Shown here: positions 8,570 to 18,821 of the stretch, piece by piece
Layout: each line of letters opens with the position of its first letter
How positions within the stretch are numbered: position 1 is the first letter of the stretch
Assembly (NCBI GenBank): GCA_046582655.1
Contig: JAYGDX010000113.1
Coordinates: forward strand, 1 to 37,346
Direction: 5' to 3'
Length of the DNA stretch: 37,346 bases
Source: Candidatus Poribacteria bacterium
GTDB lineage: Bacteria > Poribacteria > WGA-4E > UBA9662
Made by a program: the position numbers and the translations under genes
The notes under the pieces: model-generated
The model's input: the letters and a program-made list of their open reading frames with translations, nothing else
Told to the model about the DNA's origin: nothing
The model's database searches: none

Positions 8570-9946
8570 CTATTGATTGGCAATCTGCCGACGGTAAAAT
8601 ATGTTGTGCTGCGCTCTGTTTTCAACATAGGCAGAAACCCGAACCAATTCCTTTTTGGTGTATTCCCTCAACTCATCATCACCATTTTTATCATAGTATA
8701 AAGCCGCATTGATAAAGACTTCGTTTAGTTTGTTTCTGGCTAATTCATAGTATGGGCTGGCATAGTTGGATGGAACATCTTTTGCCATCTTAGCGTACAA
8801 GGTGCCAATTGGCTGGTAAGTGTAAAAGGGAACAGGTTCCTTAAATTCCGGTAGGTCCCAGGCGTCTTTAACCGGTGGAATAATGTAAGATGCCTTGAAT
8901 CTTTTGCCAAGATCTTCAGCTTTTAGATACAGAACTTTAGCAAATTCCCAAGCTAGTTCCTGATTCTTACAGGCTTTGGTGATTGCCAGTCCTGTTCCGC
9001 CCCAGGTACTGACGCGTGACCCCCCGATTTCCCAAGCAGGTAATGGCATCAATTTCATCTTGCCACTAAGATGCGGGGTATCTGTCTCAAAATATTTGGC
9101 TCTCCAGTCCGGGCAGAAATAGAACAGTACCAAGCCATCAGTGACAGTTTTGGCTAAAGTTTGCCCCCAACCGGCGGAGAAGGCAATCCGGTTTTTCCCG
9201 CGACTCTGATGGATGTACCAGATAATGGTGTCCACCACGGTATGGTTGTTGATTTTCAGTTGTCCATTTTTAGTAAAGAGGGGTTCCCTACGTTGAAGAA
9301 GAAGCGGTGTCAGCATATCACCGTTAGCCGGCAGGTCAAGCGCATACCGATCCGGATTGCCATCGCCGTCAAGGTCGCTGGTAATCCGTCGTCCCATTTC
9401 GGTAAAGTCATCCCAAGTTTGAAGTGTATGCACATCAATTCCAAGTTCCTCTACCAAATCGCTCCTATAGCAAAGCATCAGCGGATGTACGTCATGCGGC
9501 AAGGCAAAGATTCTTCCTGACCTAGAAAGGCGGCTATAACGCGATTCAACGAAGCGGCCATATAAGCCTTCTTCATGCAGCCGATCGGTTAGATCAACAA
9601 AACCGACATCTTCGATTGGACCTTTGGTAAAGGTTCCCATAGTATCAGCAAGGACCTCAACTACATCTGGAACATTAGCATTTGTCAGAAACGCGTTTTG
9701 CAATCGGCTTTTCACTGTTCTGGCGGAAACCAATTGCAACTGAACTTTCACTCCATGCTCTTTTTGAAAATCCTTCGTAGCTTCTTCATAACCTTCCATA
9801 TGGCTTCTGGCAAAGGAGACAAAAACCAAGTCCGGTTTTTCACCTCTTTTTGAAAGAGCGATTACGAGATTAAAAATCCCCGTCAGGATAGCTATCAGCA
9901 GTATCCAAAAGGGTACTTTCCCATATGGAAATTTAGGCATTACCAT
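8570..9946 (-). CDS. Sugar ABC transporter substrate-binding protein with N-terminal membrane anchor
   Basis: PDV, FALP, YRSDL, TWDDF, WGGTGLAI, AWEF pattern of cluster B/D sugar SBPs; located between the ATPase and the permeases. Confidence 0.88.
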   Translation of the reverse strand: MVMPKFPYGKVPFWILLIAILTGIFNLVIALSKRGEKPDLVFVSFARSHMEGYEEATKDFQKEHGVKVQLQLVSARTVKSRLQNAFLTNANVPDVVEVLADTMGTFTKGPIEDVGFVDLTDRLHEEGLYGRFVESRYSRLSRSGRIFALPHDVHPLMLCYRSDLVEELGIDVHTLQTWDDFTEMGRRITSDLDGDGNPDRYALDLPANGDMLTPLLLQRREPLFTKNGQLKINNHTVVDTIIWYIHQSRGKNRIAFSAGWGQTLAKTVTDGLVLFYFCPDWRAKYFETDTPHLSGKMKLMPLPAWEIGGSRVSTWGGTGLAITKACKNQELAWEFAKVLYLKAEDLGKRFKASYIIPPVKDAWDLPEFKEPVPFYTYQPIGTLYAKMAKDVPSNYASPYYELARNKLNEVFINAALYYDKNGDDELREYTKKELVRVSAYVENRAQHNIFYRRQIANQ

Positions 9947-9961
9947 TCCAGCATCTAAAAA

Positions 9962-11065
9962 TTATAACAGGGCTTTATCCGTGTTGAAATCGAAAAAATG
10001 GGCCCGATCCATAGCCACAGCCAACTCTATCTTTTCACCAACCATATATTTTTTATGTGAAGAGACTCGGCTAACGAAACTAGTCGTTTCTGACTTCAAG
10101 TAAACATAAGTTTCCGCACCTATTGGTTCAACCACATTAACAACAGCCGAAATCTGTCCAACTGTTTCACTGTTTTCAGCTACGGTTGATCCGATGTGCT
10201 CTGGACGAATCCCAAGCACAATTTTCTGTTTATCAAACTGCCTAAGCTTGTCCACTTGCTGTTGAGCGATTTGAAGCTGTAACCCATCTTCAGATAGAAA
10301 AGCCATCGACGAATTCTGACTAAGAACCTGCCCGTTAAAGAAATTCATTGGAGGTGTCCCAATAAAACTGGCCACGAATTTGTTTACCGGTCGATCATAG
10401 AGAGTAACAGGATCTGCAACTTGCTGTATCAAGCCCTCGTTCATCACCACAATTCGATCCCCCATCGTCATGGCCTCAACCTGATCATGGGTAACATAGA
10501 TCATGGTGGTATCTATTTCGTTATGCAGTTGACTCAGTTCAACACGCATTTGTACACGCAACTTGGCATCCAGATTAGACAACGGTTCATCAAACAGAAA
10601 GACAGCAGGTTGACGAACAATCGCTCGACCAACAGCTACACGTTGACGTTGCCCACCTGATAAAGCTCTGGGTTTACGATGAAGTAAATCGGTCAATCCT
10701 AGCACTTGAGCGGCATCATTGATCCGTGTTTCTATTTCAGCTTTTGGATACTTTCGCAATTTGAGACCGAACTCCATATTTTCTCGGACAGACATGTGCG
10801 GATAGAGCGCATAATTCTGAAATACCATTGCGATATCTCGGTCCTTCGGCGAAACATGATTGACAACAAGATCACCTATCGAGATTTCACCATCTGTAAT
10901 CTCTTCCAATCCCGCAATCATACGAAGTGTGGTGGACTTACCACAACCTGAAGGCCCTACCAGCACGATAAATTCACCATCCTCGATCACCAAATTAAAG
11001 TTTTCTACCGCCTTGACGTCACCAGGATAGATTTTTTCCACATCGACTAAAGTAACAGTTGCCAT
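9962..11065 (-). CDS. Sugar ABC transporter ATP-binding protein (MalK/UgpC/MsmX type)
   Basis: Walker [15 protein letters not shown] signature, [16 protein letters not shown]-terminal TOBE region (GIRPE). Confidence 0.95.
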   Translation of the reverse strand: MATVTLVDVEKIYPGDVKAVENFNLVIEDGEFIVLVGPSGCGKSTTLRMIAGLEEITDGEISIGDLVVNHVSPKDRDIAMVFQNYALYPHMSVRENMEFGLKLRKYPKAEIETRINDAAQVLGLTDLLHRKPRALSGGQRQRVAVGRAIVRQPAVFLFDEPLSNLDAKLRVQMRVELSQLHNEIDTTMIYVTHDQVEAMTMGDRIVVMNEGLIQQVADPVTLYDRPVNKFVASFIGTPPMNFFNGQVLSQNSSMAFLSEDGLQLQIAQQQVDKLRQFDKQKIVLGIRPEHIGSTVAENSETVGQISAVVNVVEPIGAETYVYLKSETTSFVSRVSSHKKYMVGEKIELAVAMDRAHFFDFNTDKALL

Positions 11066-11334
11066 CTTTCCCTATTCTCTTGAATTGCCACAGCGTATAT
11101 TCGCAATGCAACGTCAGCAAATAGCCAACATTCACCTGTTTCCGCATATTATAATTTGGGTTTCATTCTGTGGCTCTACCACATTATTTATTATCTTTAC
11201 TATTATCATATTTTCCCGTTCGATTGAACAAAGTATACTGGAAATTCAAACTTCAGTCCACAGTTATGATACACTATACAAAGTAAATTGGATTTAGAAT
11301 TCAACAAGCATATAGATTCAAAAGGATAAGCGGT

Positions 11335-12135
11335 GTGGAACAGCGAAAAGTTTTTTTTGAAGAAGGGTATTTGATTATTGAAAACCTGTTATCCTCCCAA
11401 GAAATCGAAAAATGTCAAAATGAAATAGAAAGATTGCATCTGCAATGTAAAGAATTCCTGACCCAAAATGATCCAAGGAAAAATCATTTCCAAATGGAAC
11501 CGTTTCGCGAAAAGCCCAATTGTGACGACGGCCTTCCAATTCTACGAAAGATTGAGGGTACACGGGACTTATCCGCGACTTTCGATCAACTAGCAAAACA
11601 CCCTAGCTTGGTAAAAACAGTACAAACTCTTATTGGTGAAAATCTGCTTCTTTTCCGCAGTACATTGATGCTTAAACCTGCATTCCATGGCTCAGCACAT
11701 GGACTACATCAAGACTCAGCATATTGGCCAATGGAACCGCCAAAATTAGTTACTGTAAGCATTGCAATTAATGATGCAACTACCGAAAATGGTTGCTTCA
11801 AAATTATACCACGTAGTCATAAGTCGGGACTCCGTGAATGGGGCGGCATCGCCCGAAGACACGATGACCCAATTACTGACCGGAATGACGTAGATCCTAC
11901 AGACCAAGTTGAGGTTCCGCTTAAGGCTGGTAGCGCGCTTCTTTTTCATAGTTTGATGGTACACGGTTCTGGCGCAAACTTGTCCTCCAAACCGAGAAAT
12001 ACCGCACTCTACGCTTATTTCTCATCGGACGTTCGATACAAACCGCGTGGTGGCAAGTCTATGCAAAAAACCTTTCCGGTTATTGCTGGACTCAACGGAA
12101 AAACTGAGTTGACGCTAACTTCAGGAGAATCATAG
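11335..12135 (+). CDS. PhyH family Fe(II)/2-oxoglutarate dioxygenase
   Basis: FFEEGYLII, LHQDSAYWP (HxD), ENGCFKIIPRSH, HGSGAN...R; GTG start with AAAGGA RBS. Confidence 0.9.
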   Translation: MEQRKVFFEEGYLIIENLLSSQEIEKCQNEIERLHLQCKEFLTQNDPRKNHFQMEPFREKPNCDDGLPILRKIEGTRDLSATFDQLAKHPSLVKTVQTLIGENLLLFRSTLMLKPAFHGSAHGLHQDSAYWPMEPPKLVTVSIAINDATTENGCFKIIPRSHKSGLREWGGIARRHDDPITDRNDVDPTDQVEVPLKAGSALLFHSLMVHGSGANLSSKPRNTALYAYFSSDVRYKPRGGKSMQKTFPVIAGLNGKTELTLTSGES

Positions 12136-12152
12136 GAACAGGTTAAGATTTC

Positions 12153-12713
12153 GTGGCTGAACAAATTCTTAAACAGATTATCGAATTCCTGAAGACGCCA
12201 GCGGGACACTGGATCATCCTCACCTCTGTCAGTGTCATTGGTTTATGGATCGTCTATAACCAGAAACGACAAATACCCGAACTCACACTTGAACAGGTCC
12301 AAGACGACAGCTGGTTCATCACACGGGACGATAACCATCGGCTGGCCATCATCGTGGCTTTGAAATTAACCAATAAGTCAGGCGGCCCCATCATATTAAA
12401 AAATTGCCGCTTAAGTGGATACTCCCCCAAAGATTTATCGACCAAATTGGTTGTTACAGGACATGACAAAGCCTTTGAGTTAGAACTCCCCGAGTATGAC
12501 CAATTCGTTGTAGGCAGTAACTACGTTGTCAATCCATACACGGAATGCAAAATATGGATGTACTACGAATCAAGAATTGTCACCATGACTGGGATGCTAA
12601 AAACACAGGTTATCGTGAGAGATACAAATCGAAAACGCAAATCAATTCATGTCAGTATCCCGCGCCAGGAGCAGCAGATTCTTATCTATCGAGAAGAAGC
12701 GATGCGATATTGA
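12153..12713 (+). CDS. Hypothetical protein with one N-terminal TM helix
   Basis: 186-aa ORF 17 nt after the PhyH gene; hydrophobic segment WIILTSVSVIGLWIVY. Confidence 0.7.
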   Translation: MAEQILKQIIEFLKTPAGHWIILTSVSVIGLWIVYNQKRQIPELTLEQVQDDSWFITRDDNHRLAIIVALKLTNKSGGPIILKNCRLSGYSPKDLSTKLVVTGHDKAFELELPEYDQFVVGSNYVVNPYTECKIWMYYESRIVTMTGMLKTQVIVRDTNRKRKSIHVSIPRQEQQILIYREEAMRY

Positions 12714-12720
12714 ACTGCAC

Positions 12721-12750
12721 TTGTCAAGATTTGACCTAATATGCTATGTT
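12721..12750 (+). promoter_or_regulatory. Possible sigma70 promoter of the aminotransferase
   Basis: TTGTCA-N18-TATGTT with an extended -10 TG. Confidence 0.35.
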
Positions 12751-12846
12751 TAGCGGAAGATCCGGAATCACAGTTTCATCGTGAACATTATCGAAATTAC
12801 GTAATCTCAAACATGCTTCTCACATCCCGACATATTTCTTAAGATC

Positions 12847-14019
12847 ATGAACACATTTTCAAAGCGCTTAGATCGCTTGCCACCCTACATGTTCGGCAAG
12901 CTTAAGCAATTGACACACGACAGAAGACAACAAGGCATAGATGTGATTGATCTTGGTATGGGAAATCCGAGTGAGCCAACACCATCGGACATAATTGATA
13001 AATTGTGCGAAGCTGCATATCATCCTAAAAACCACCGCTATTCAGCCTCAAAAGGCATCTTTAACCTGAGACGTGAAATCTGCTGGTACTATGAACGAAG
13101 ATTCGGTGTACAATTAGATCCAGACCACGAAGCGATGTCCGTGATTGGTACAAAAGAAGGATTGTCGCATCTCGCACTGGCATTAATTGATGAGGGTGAT
13201 TTGGCACTTGTGCCTAACCCAACCTTTCCAATCCATATCTATAGTATAATACTTGCGGGTGGTAGTGTTATTAGTATCCCACTACACGCTGAAAATGAGT
13301 TTGTACCAAGCCTGACAGAAATCACACGCGATATATTGCCTAGGCCGAAAGTGCTAATCTTGAGTTTTCCTCACAATCCAACTGGAGCAGTTGTGAGTAT
13401 CGACTTCTTCAAGGAAATTGTGGATTTCGCTCGAAGAAACGACATCATCGTGATCCACGATTTGGCTTACGCAGATATCGTTTTTGATGGGTATCAAGCT
13501 CCAAGCCTCCTGCAAGTCAAGGAAGCAAAAGATGTTGGAATTGAATTTTTGTCGCTTTCTAAATCCCACAACATGGCAGGATGGCGTTGTGGGTTTGCAG
13601 TCGGTAACCGAGACTTAATTAGCGCGCTGGCAAAAATTAAGGGATATTATGACTACGGTATTTTCGCTCCAATCCAAATAGCATCAATAGTTGCCCTCAG
13701 GATTAAGGAAGAAATTGTCAAGGAAAATGCTAGTGTTTACGAAAAGCGGCGCAACATTCTAGTTGAAGGTTTAAACCGTATTGGGTGGGAGGTCCAAAAG
13801 CCGAAAGGAACTATGTTTGTCTGGGCAGCTATTCCCGAACAACATAGTCACCTCAACTCATTTGACTTTGCTATGAAGCTTCTGAATGATGCTGAAGTGT
13901 GTGTTTCTCCGGGGGCAGGATTCGGCCATAATGGCGAAAATTATGTCCGAATTGCATTAGTGGAAAACGATGATCGTATTCGACAAGCTATCCGACAAAT
14001 TCGACGTGCGCTGTTCTAA
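12847..14019 (+). CDS. PLP-dependent class I/II aminotransferase (AlaC/YfdZ or LL-DAP aminotransferase-like)
   Basis: DLGMGNP, FPHNPTG, HDLAY, SLSKSHNMAGWR (PLP lysine), SPGAGFG...YVRIAL. Confidence 0.9.
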   Translation: MNTFSKRLDRLPPYMFGKLKQLTHDRRQQGIDVIDLGMGNPSEPTPSDIIDKLCEAAYHPKNHRYSASKGIFNLRREICWYYERRFGVQLDPDHEAMSVIGTKEGLSHLALALIDEGDLALVPNPTFPIHIYSIILAGGSVISIPLHAENEFVPSLTEITRDILPRPKVLILSFPHNPTGAVVSIDFFKEIVDFARRNDIIVIHDLAYADIVFDGYQAPSLLQVKEAKDVGIEFLSLSKSHNMAGWRCGFAVGNRDLISALAKIKGYYDYGIFAPIQIASIVALRIKEEIVKENASVYEKRRNILVEGLNRIGWEVQKPKGTMFVWAAIPEQHSHLNSFDFAMKLLNDAEVCVSPGAGFGHNGENYVRIALVENDDRIRQAIRQIRRALF

Positions 14020-14045
14020 CCCTCAAACAACATAGATCTAGGAAT

Positions 14046-14462
14046 TCACACCAGCTGAATATAACCCATTTCAGCACCGTCGCCTTTTCTGGTTTTTCCC
14101 CGAATTACACGTGTATATCCGCCGTTTCTGTCCTGATAGCGCGGTCCAAGCTCATCAAATAGTTTCTGTAGTACTTCATGCTTGCTAATTATTTCTTGAC
14201 CATTGACATCAGGTCTAAGAGGTCTTTTCTTATCATGTAGCCTCTTACCATAAACCATTTTTGCTGCTTGACGACGTGCATGCAAATCACCTCTTTTAGC
14301 CAGAGTGATCAGCTTCTCAGCAATACCGCGAAGCTCTTTGCACTTTTGCAGAGTTGTGCAAATTTGCTCGTGTTCAAATAGCGCAGTAACTTGGTTGCGA
14401 AACAATGATTTACGATGGCTACTTGTTCTACCAAGTTTTCTCCCTTTCTTCCTATGACGCAT
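14046..14462 (-). CDS. rplQ: 50S ribosomal protein L17
   Basis: [12 protein letters not shown]...RNGGYTR; follows rpoA. Confidence 0.97.
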   Translation of the reverse strand: MRHRKKGRKLGRTSSHRKSLFRNQVTALFEHEQICTTLQKCKELRGIAEKLITLAKRGDLHARRQAAKMVYGKRLHDKKRPLRPDVNGQEIISKHEVLQKLFDELGPRYQDRNGGYTRVIRGKTRKGDGAEMGYIQLV

Positions 14463-15450
14463 CCTCTATTCCCTCGCTATTCGGTACTTTCTCTTCGTCG
14501 AAGGTCATTCCGAAGTGTAGACTCATTTCATCAAGAATTTCTTTAATCTCATTAAGGGATTTCTTGCCAAAATTGCGGAACTCTAACATTTTCTTCTCAT
14601 CAAGAGAAACAAGATCTCGGATAGTGGTAATATTGGCAGCATCAAGACAATTAGCTGATCTGACCGACAATTCTAGTTCAGCAACTGGTCGAGACAGATA
14701 CTTTTCAAGTTGGAGCTTGTCTTGGTCAATCTCGGGAACCTGCTCGACATAATTTTCGTCGAAATCACTGAAGAGTTGAAACTGATCAAGTAAAATCTCA
14801 GCTGCCTGAGTAACAGCATCCTTAGCAGTAATAGAACCGTCTGTAGACACTTCCAAAATTAACCTGTCATAGTTAGTGATAGATCCAACACGTGTCCCTT
14901 CAACTTTGAAATTCACCTTAGTTACAGGGGAAAATTTTGTGTCTATCGGAATAATTCCTTCAATCAGCTCTTCTTCTATTATTTCGCCGGCAAGGGCATA
15001 TCCTCTTCCTACACATACTCGCATCTCAATGCTTAACCCATCACACCGATCAAGTGCAGCAATATGCTGGTCCGGATTAATAATTTCAATTTGACTGTTT
15101 GGTCGAATATCAGCAGCGGTTAACTCTGTGGAACCTTGTGCGTTGAGATACAATGTAACCAATTCATCCGAAAGAAAGCGAAAACGGATCGCCTTAAGGT
15201 TTAATATAATTTGGAGAAGATCTTCGCGAACACCTTCAACTGTTGAATACTCGTGGCTTGCTCCTTCAACAGCAATCGCATAGATCGCCGCGCCACTAAT
15301 ACTGGAAATTAAGACACGCCGAAGCGCGTTACCAAGTGTAGTACCAAACCCACGGGCAAGAGGTTCAGCAATGAACCGGCCATAGTCAGGCCTCAAAGTT
15401 TCCTGATCCGCGAGCAGTCGTTTAGGCTTATTAATTTCTAACCTTGTCAT
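14452..15450 (-). CDS. rpoA: RNA polymerase alpha subunit
   Basis: [35 protein letters not shown]; probable start ATG 15450 after GAAGGG. Confidence 0.97.
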   Translation of the reverse strand: MTRLEINKPKRLLADQETLRPDYGRFIAEPLARGFGTTLGNALRRVLISSISGAAIYAIAVEGASHEYSTVEGVREDLLQIILNLKAIRFRFLSDELVTLYLNAQGSTELTAADIRPNSQIEIINPDQHIAALDRCDGLSIEMRVCVGRGYALAGEIIEEELIEGIIPIDTKFSPVTKVNFKVEGTRVGSITNYDRLILEVSTDGSITAKDAVTQAAEILLDQFQLFSDFDENYVEQVPEIDQDKLQLEKYLSRPVAELELSVRSANCLDAANITTIRDLVSLDEKKMLEFRNFGKKSLNEIKEILDEMSLHFGMTFDEEKVPNSEGIEDAS

Positions 15451-15520
15451 CAATTTCCCTTCATACAAATTTATCAACTAATACATACGTTCTAGGCATA
15501 GATCAGACACCTAAACAGAT

Positions 15521-15895
15521 TCATACACGCCGACGTTTGGGGGGACGGCAACCATTGTGTGGAATGGGTGTAACATCCTTCATGGAAGTAATCTCCAAAC
15601 CAGCAGATACAAGCGCGAGAATGGCTGATTCCCTTCCGGATCCAGGCCCCTTCACCCGCACTTCGACACGTTTAAGGCCGTGTTCCATAGCTTTCCTGGC
15701 ACAATCATTCGCAGTTTGTGATGAGGCAAAAGGAGTTGATTTCCTAGCCCCACGAAAATTCTGTCCAGAGGTTGCCCAAGCCAGAACATTACCATTAGGA
15801 TCAGTGATAGTAACAATTGTATTGTTGAATGTTGCCTGAATGTGAGCAATACCCTCAGGGACATTCTTCTTCTCTCTCTTTCTATTCGATCTCAA
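15521..15895 (-). CDS. rpsK: 30S ribosomal protein S11
   Basis: [36 protein letters not shown] start after AGGAG. Confidence 0.97.
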   Translation of the reverse strand: MRSNRKREKKNVPEGIAHIQATFNNTIVTITDPNGNVLAWATSGQNFRGARKSTPFASSQTANDCARKAMEHGLKRVEVRVKGPGSGRESAILALVSAGLEITSMKDVTPIPHNGCRPPKRRRV

Positions 15896-15928
15896 ACCTG
15901 TCTCCTGCCTGCTGAATTTAATCTGAGG

Positions 15929-16321
15929 TTAAACCTTGCGACCAGCTTCCTTAGCCTTACGACCGACAGAGATAGTTCTGGCCTTACCTTTGCGAGTTCG
16001 AGCATTCGTGCTTGTGCGCTGGCCTCGAACCGGCAAACTTCGGCGATGACGCAAACCACGATAACTACTAATGTCATTTAATCGTTTAATGTCTAAATCG
16101 ATTTCGCGCCTTAGATCGCCTTCAAGCCTGTAATCGCTACTGATCTCAGTACGTATCTGACTCAGGTCGTCTTCTGTAAGATCCTGAATCTTAGTGGATG
16201 GATCAATTGCAAGATTCTCAACGACGCTAGAAGCCGTAGCCCGACCAATACCATAGATATATGTTAGTGCAATATCAACTCTCTTATTTCTGGGTAAATC
16301 AACACCTGCTATTCTAGCCAT
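15929..16321 (-). CDS. rpsM: 30S ribosomal protein S13
   Basis: [10 protein letters not shown]...LPVRGQRT. Confidence 0.97.
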   Translation of the reverse strand: MARIAGVDLPRNKRVDIALTYIYGIGRATASSVVENLAIDPSTKIQDLTEDDLSQIRTEISSDYRLEGDLRREIDLDIKRLNDISSYRGLRHRRSLPVRGQRTSTNARTRKGKARTISVGRKAKEAGRKV

Positions 16322-16331
16322 AATCCTTATA

Positions 16332-16448
16332 TCACCCCTGTCTTTGTTTGAGTCTCGGATTTTTTTTATTGATGATATATATTCTTCCCCTGCGCTTCAC
16401 AACCTGACAATCTTTACTTCTGCTTTTGATTGACGCTCTAACCTTCAT
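16332..16448 (-). CDS. rpmJ: 50S ribosomal protein L36 (zinc-ligand-depleted type), missed by the ORF track
   Basis: Manual translation [49 protein letters not shown]; canonical position between secY and rpsM. Confidence 0.95.
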   Translation of the reverse strand: MKVRASIKSRSKDCQVVKRRGRIYIINKKNPRLKQRQG

Positions 16449-16458
16449 TCAACCTCCT

Positions 16459-17799
16459 TTATCTTCTTCTACGCCCTTTCACACGTTGATTTTTTAAAAA
16501 ACCCTCATAATGCCGTGTGGTAAGATATGATTCGATTTGAGAAACAGTATCTAAGACAACACCAACGACAATTAGAAGCGACGCCCCCGACACCATGGTA
16601 CCAATCTTAAGTACACCTTCAAAGATCATCGGTATCACAGCAATACCTGCCAGGAAAAGAGCTCCCGGCAGTGTAATACGTGTCAAGGTACTGTTTATAT
16701 ACTCAGCAGTATTGTTACCTGGACGTACTCCAGGAATAAATCCACCATACTTACGAAGATTTTCTGCCATTTCAACAGGATTCACTTGTACCGCGGTATA
16801 AAAATAAGTAAATCCAACAATAAGAGATGCATACATAAGAACATAAAATGGATTAGAGGAACTAAAAAGACTCTGAGCACTTTGAATCCATTTCCAAGAA
16901 CTCGGCAAAAATCCAAGCATTGTGGGAGGAAACTGCATTAAGGTCACGGCAAAGATAATTGGAATCATTCCTGCAGTATTAACTCTCAAGGGAATATGCG
17001 TCGTTTGACCGCCATACACTTTTCGTCCAACAATTCTCCTGGCGTATTGCACTGGAATTTTCCGAACCGCTAATTGAATAAAAACAGTTCCCATAATTGC
17101 TACGACGATAAGCCCTAAAAACAGAACAAGTGCAGGAATCTTCAGTGTGCCTTCTATCAAACTGCTAACTAAACGAAAAGCTCCAGGTACGAGCCCAGAC
17201 ACAATCCCAACTGTAATAATCATAGAAATCCCTTGACCAATTCCATGTTCGGTAATCTGTTCACCCAACCACATAACGAACGCGGTACCTGCCATTAAGG
17301 TAATCATAACGAGGAGCGTCCACCCTAATGTCGGGTTTAATACGACCGGTTGATCCGACCCAATGGCTGCTGGGTTTCTCAGCATAGTACTGATACCAAC
17401 GCCCTGAACTATACTTAAAATAACTGTCCCATATCGGGTGTATTGGACAATCTTTTTCCGACCGCCATCCTCCTTCGATAGCTTTTCTAAGGACGGGATC
17501 ACAACGGTAAGAAGTTGCATTGCGATCGAAGCACTGATATAAGGCTGAATACCAAGTGCAAATATGGTCATCTGTTTGAAAGCACCACCGGAAAAAAGGT
17601 TAATAAAACCAATTACATTACTCCCGGCTTTACCAAAACGACCAGCTAGGTTTTCAAAGAAAACTTCTAGTGCCTTATCATCAACACCCGGCAGCGTAAT
17701 ATGCGCGCCAACCCGATAGACAATCAACAATAAAGCCGTAAAAACGATACGCTTTTTTAATTCCGGAATCTTAAAAGCATTCCGAAGTGCTTTAACCAA
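16459..17799 (-). CDS. secY: Preprotein translocase subunit SecY
   Basis: FSGGA, IFALGIQPYISASI, WLGEQITEHGIG, GGFIPGVRPG. Confidence 0.98.
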   Translation of the reverse strand: MVKALRNAFKIPELKKRIVFTALLLIVYRVGAHITLPGVDDKALEVFFENLAGRFGKAGSNVIGFINLFSGGAFKQMTIFALGIQPYISASIAMQLLTVVIPSLEKLSKEDGGRKKIVQYTRYGTVILSIVQGVGISTMLRNPAAIGSDQPVVLNPTLGWTLLVMITLMAGTAFVMWLGEQITEHGIGQGISMIITVGIVSGLVPGAFRLVSSLIEGTLKIPALVLFLGLIVVAIMGTVFIQLAVRKIPVQYARRIVGRKVYGGQTTHIPLRVNTAGMIPIIFAVTLMQFPPTMLGFLPSSWKWIQSAQSLFSSSNPFYVLMYASLIVGFTYFYTAVQVNPVEMAENLRKYGGFIPGVRPGNNTAEYINSTLTRITLPGALFLAGIAVIPMIFEGVLKIGTMVSGASLLIVVGVVLDTVSQIESYLTTRHYEGFLKNQRVKGRRRR

Positions 17800-18246
17800 C
17801 TAAATTTCCTCTGCCGTTCCACCCACTGCTTCTATCTTCTCAACCGCTGTTTTCGAGAATTTATGAGCTTGAACCGTTAGTTTCTTTTCGATCTCACCAT
17901 CACCTAAAATCTTTACCTTTGAGTTTTTGCCTTTAACAATTCCTGACTCAAACATCGTTTTAAGCGAAACGGTTGCGCCATCCTCAAACGTGTTCAGTGT
18001 CTGAATATTAACAACGCTATACTCAATCCGTACATGGCCAGTTCTGCGGGGACCACTTTTTGGAATACGTCGAACTAACGGCATTTGTCCGCCCTCAAAC
18101 CAAGCCGGGATTGACACACCCGATCTCGATTTCTGTCCCTTATGACCACGTCCACATGTTTTGCCTAGACCAGACCCATGACCACGACCAACCCGCTTTT
18201 TTGAGTGCCTTGAATTTTTCGGAGGCTTAAGCTCGTTTAATTTCAT
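17800..18246 (-). CDS. rplO: 50S ribosomal protein L15
   Basis: GRGHGSGLGKTCGRGHKGQ, FEGGQMPL. Confidence 0.97.
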   Translation of the reverse strand: MKLNELKPPKNSRHSKKRVGRGHGSGLGKTCGRGHKGQKSRSGVSIPAWFEGGQMPLVRRIPKSGPRRTGHVRIEYSVVNIQTLNTFEDGATVSLKTMFESGIVKGKNSKVKILGDGEIEKKLTVQAHKFSKTAVEKIEAVGGTAEEI

Positions 18247-18268
18247 TTCTATTTTTATCTTTCCTTAA

Positions 18269-18775
18269 TTAGCCTCGGATTTCCTCAACAGTTTTTCCCC
18301 GTAGACGAGCAACTTCCTCAATCCTTTTCAAGCTTTTGAGGCCTTGCATCGTTGCCTCCGCCGTATTCTTCATATTACGACTACCGATTCGTTTCGTTAA
18401 GACGTTTCGAACACCAGCAAATTCCAAGATCACACGCGTAGCCAAGCCCGCAACAATTCCCGTACCTGGCCTCGCTGGTCTTAGAACCACTTTTGAAGCT
18501 TTAAAATAACCAACAATCTGATGTGGAATAGTACCGTCTACAAGTGGAATACGAACTAAATTCTTTTTCGCATCAACCATACTTTTCCTAATCGCTGATG
18601 GCACGTCTTTGGCGCTGGCAAATCCGATACCGACTAAACCTTCCCGGTTGCCGACTGCCGTTAGTGCATTGAAACTGGGTGTCCTCCCACCTTTACGAAC
18701 GCGCATAACGCGGTTAATCCCAATTAACCGCTCTTCGAGCTCTAATGACTCCGGATCGTTTTCCTTATTCAACAA
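18269..18775 (-). CDS. rpsE: 30S ribosomal protein S5
   Basis: INRV...KGGR, TIPH, PARPGTGIVAG. Confidence 0.95.
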   Translation of the reverse strand: MLNKENDPESLELEERLIGINRVMRVRKGGRTPSFNALTAVGNREGLVGIGFASAKDVPSAIRKSMVDAKKNLVRIPLVDGTIPHQIVGYFKASKVVLRPARPGTGIVAGLATRVILEFAGVRNVLTKRIGSRNMKNTAEATMQGLKSLKRIEEVARLRGKTVEEIRG

Positions 18776-18821
18776 CGAAATCTCCTCGATTTTAGATGAT
18801 ATCCCTGATCATAAAAAAAGG

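Noticed and set aside
11085..11297. 70-aa hydrophobic ORF in the divergent ABC/PhyH intergenic region
   Set aside because: TTG start without an RBS in AT-rich DNA that must hold the divergent promoters; likely spurious.
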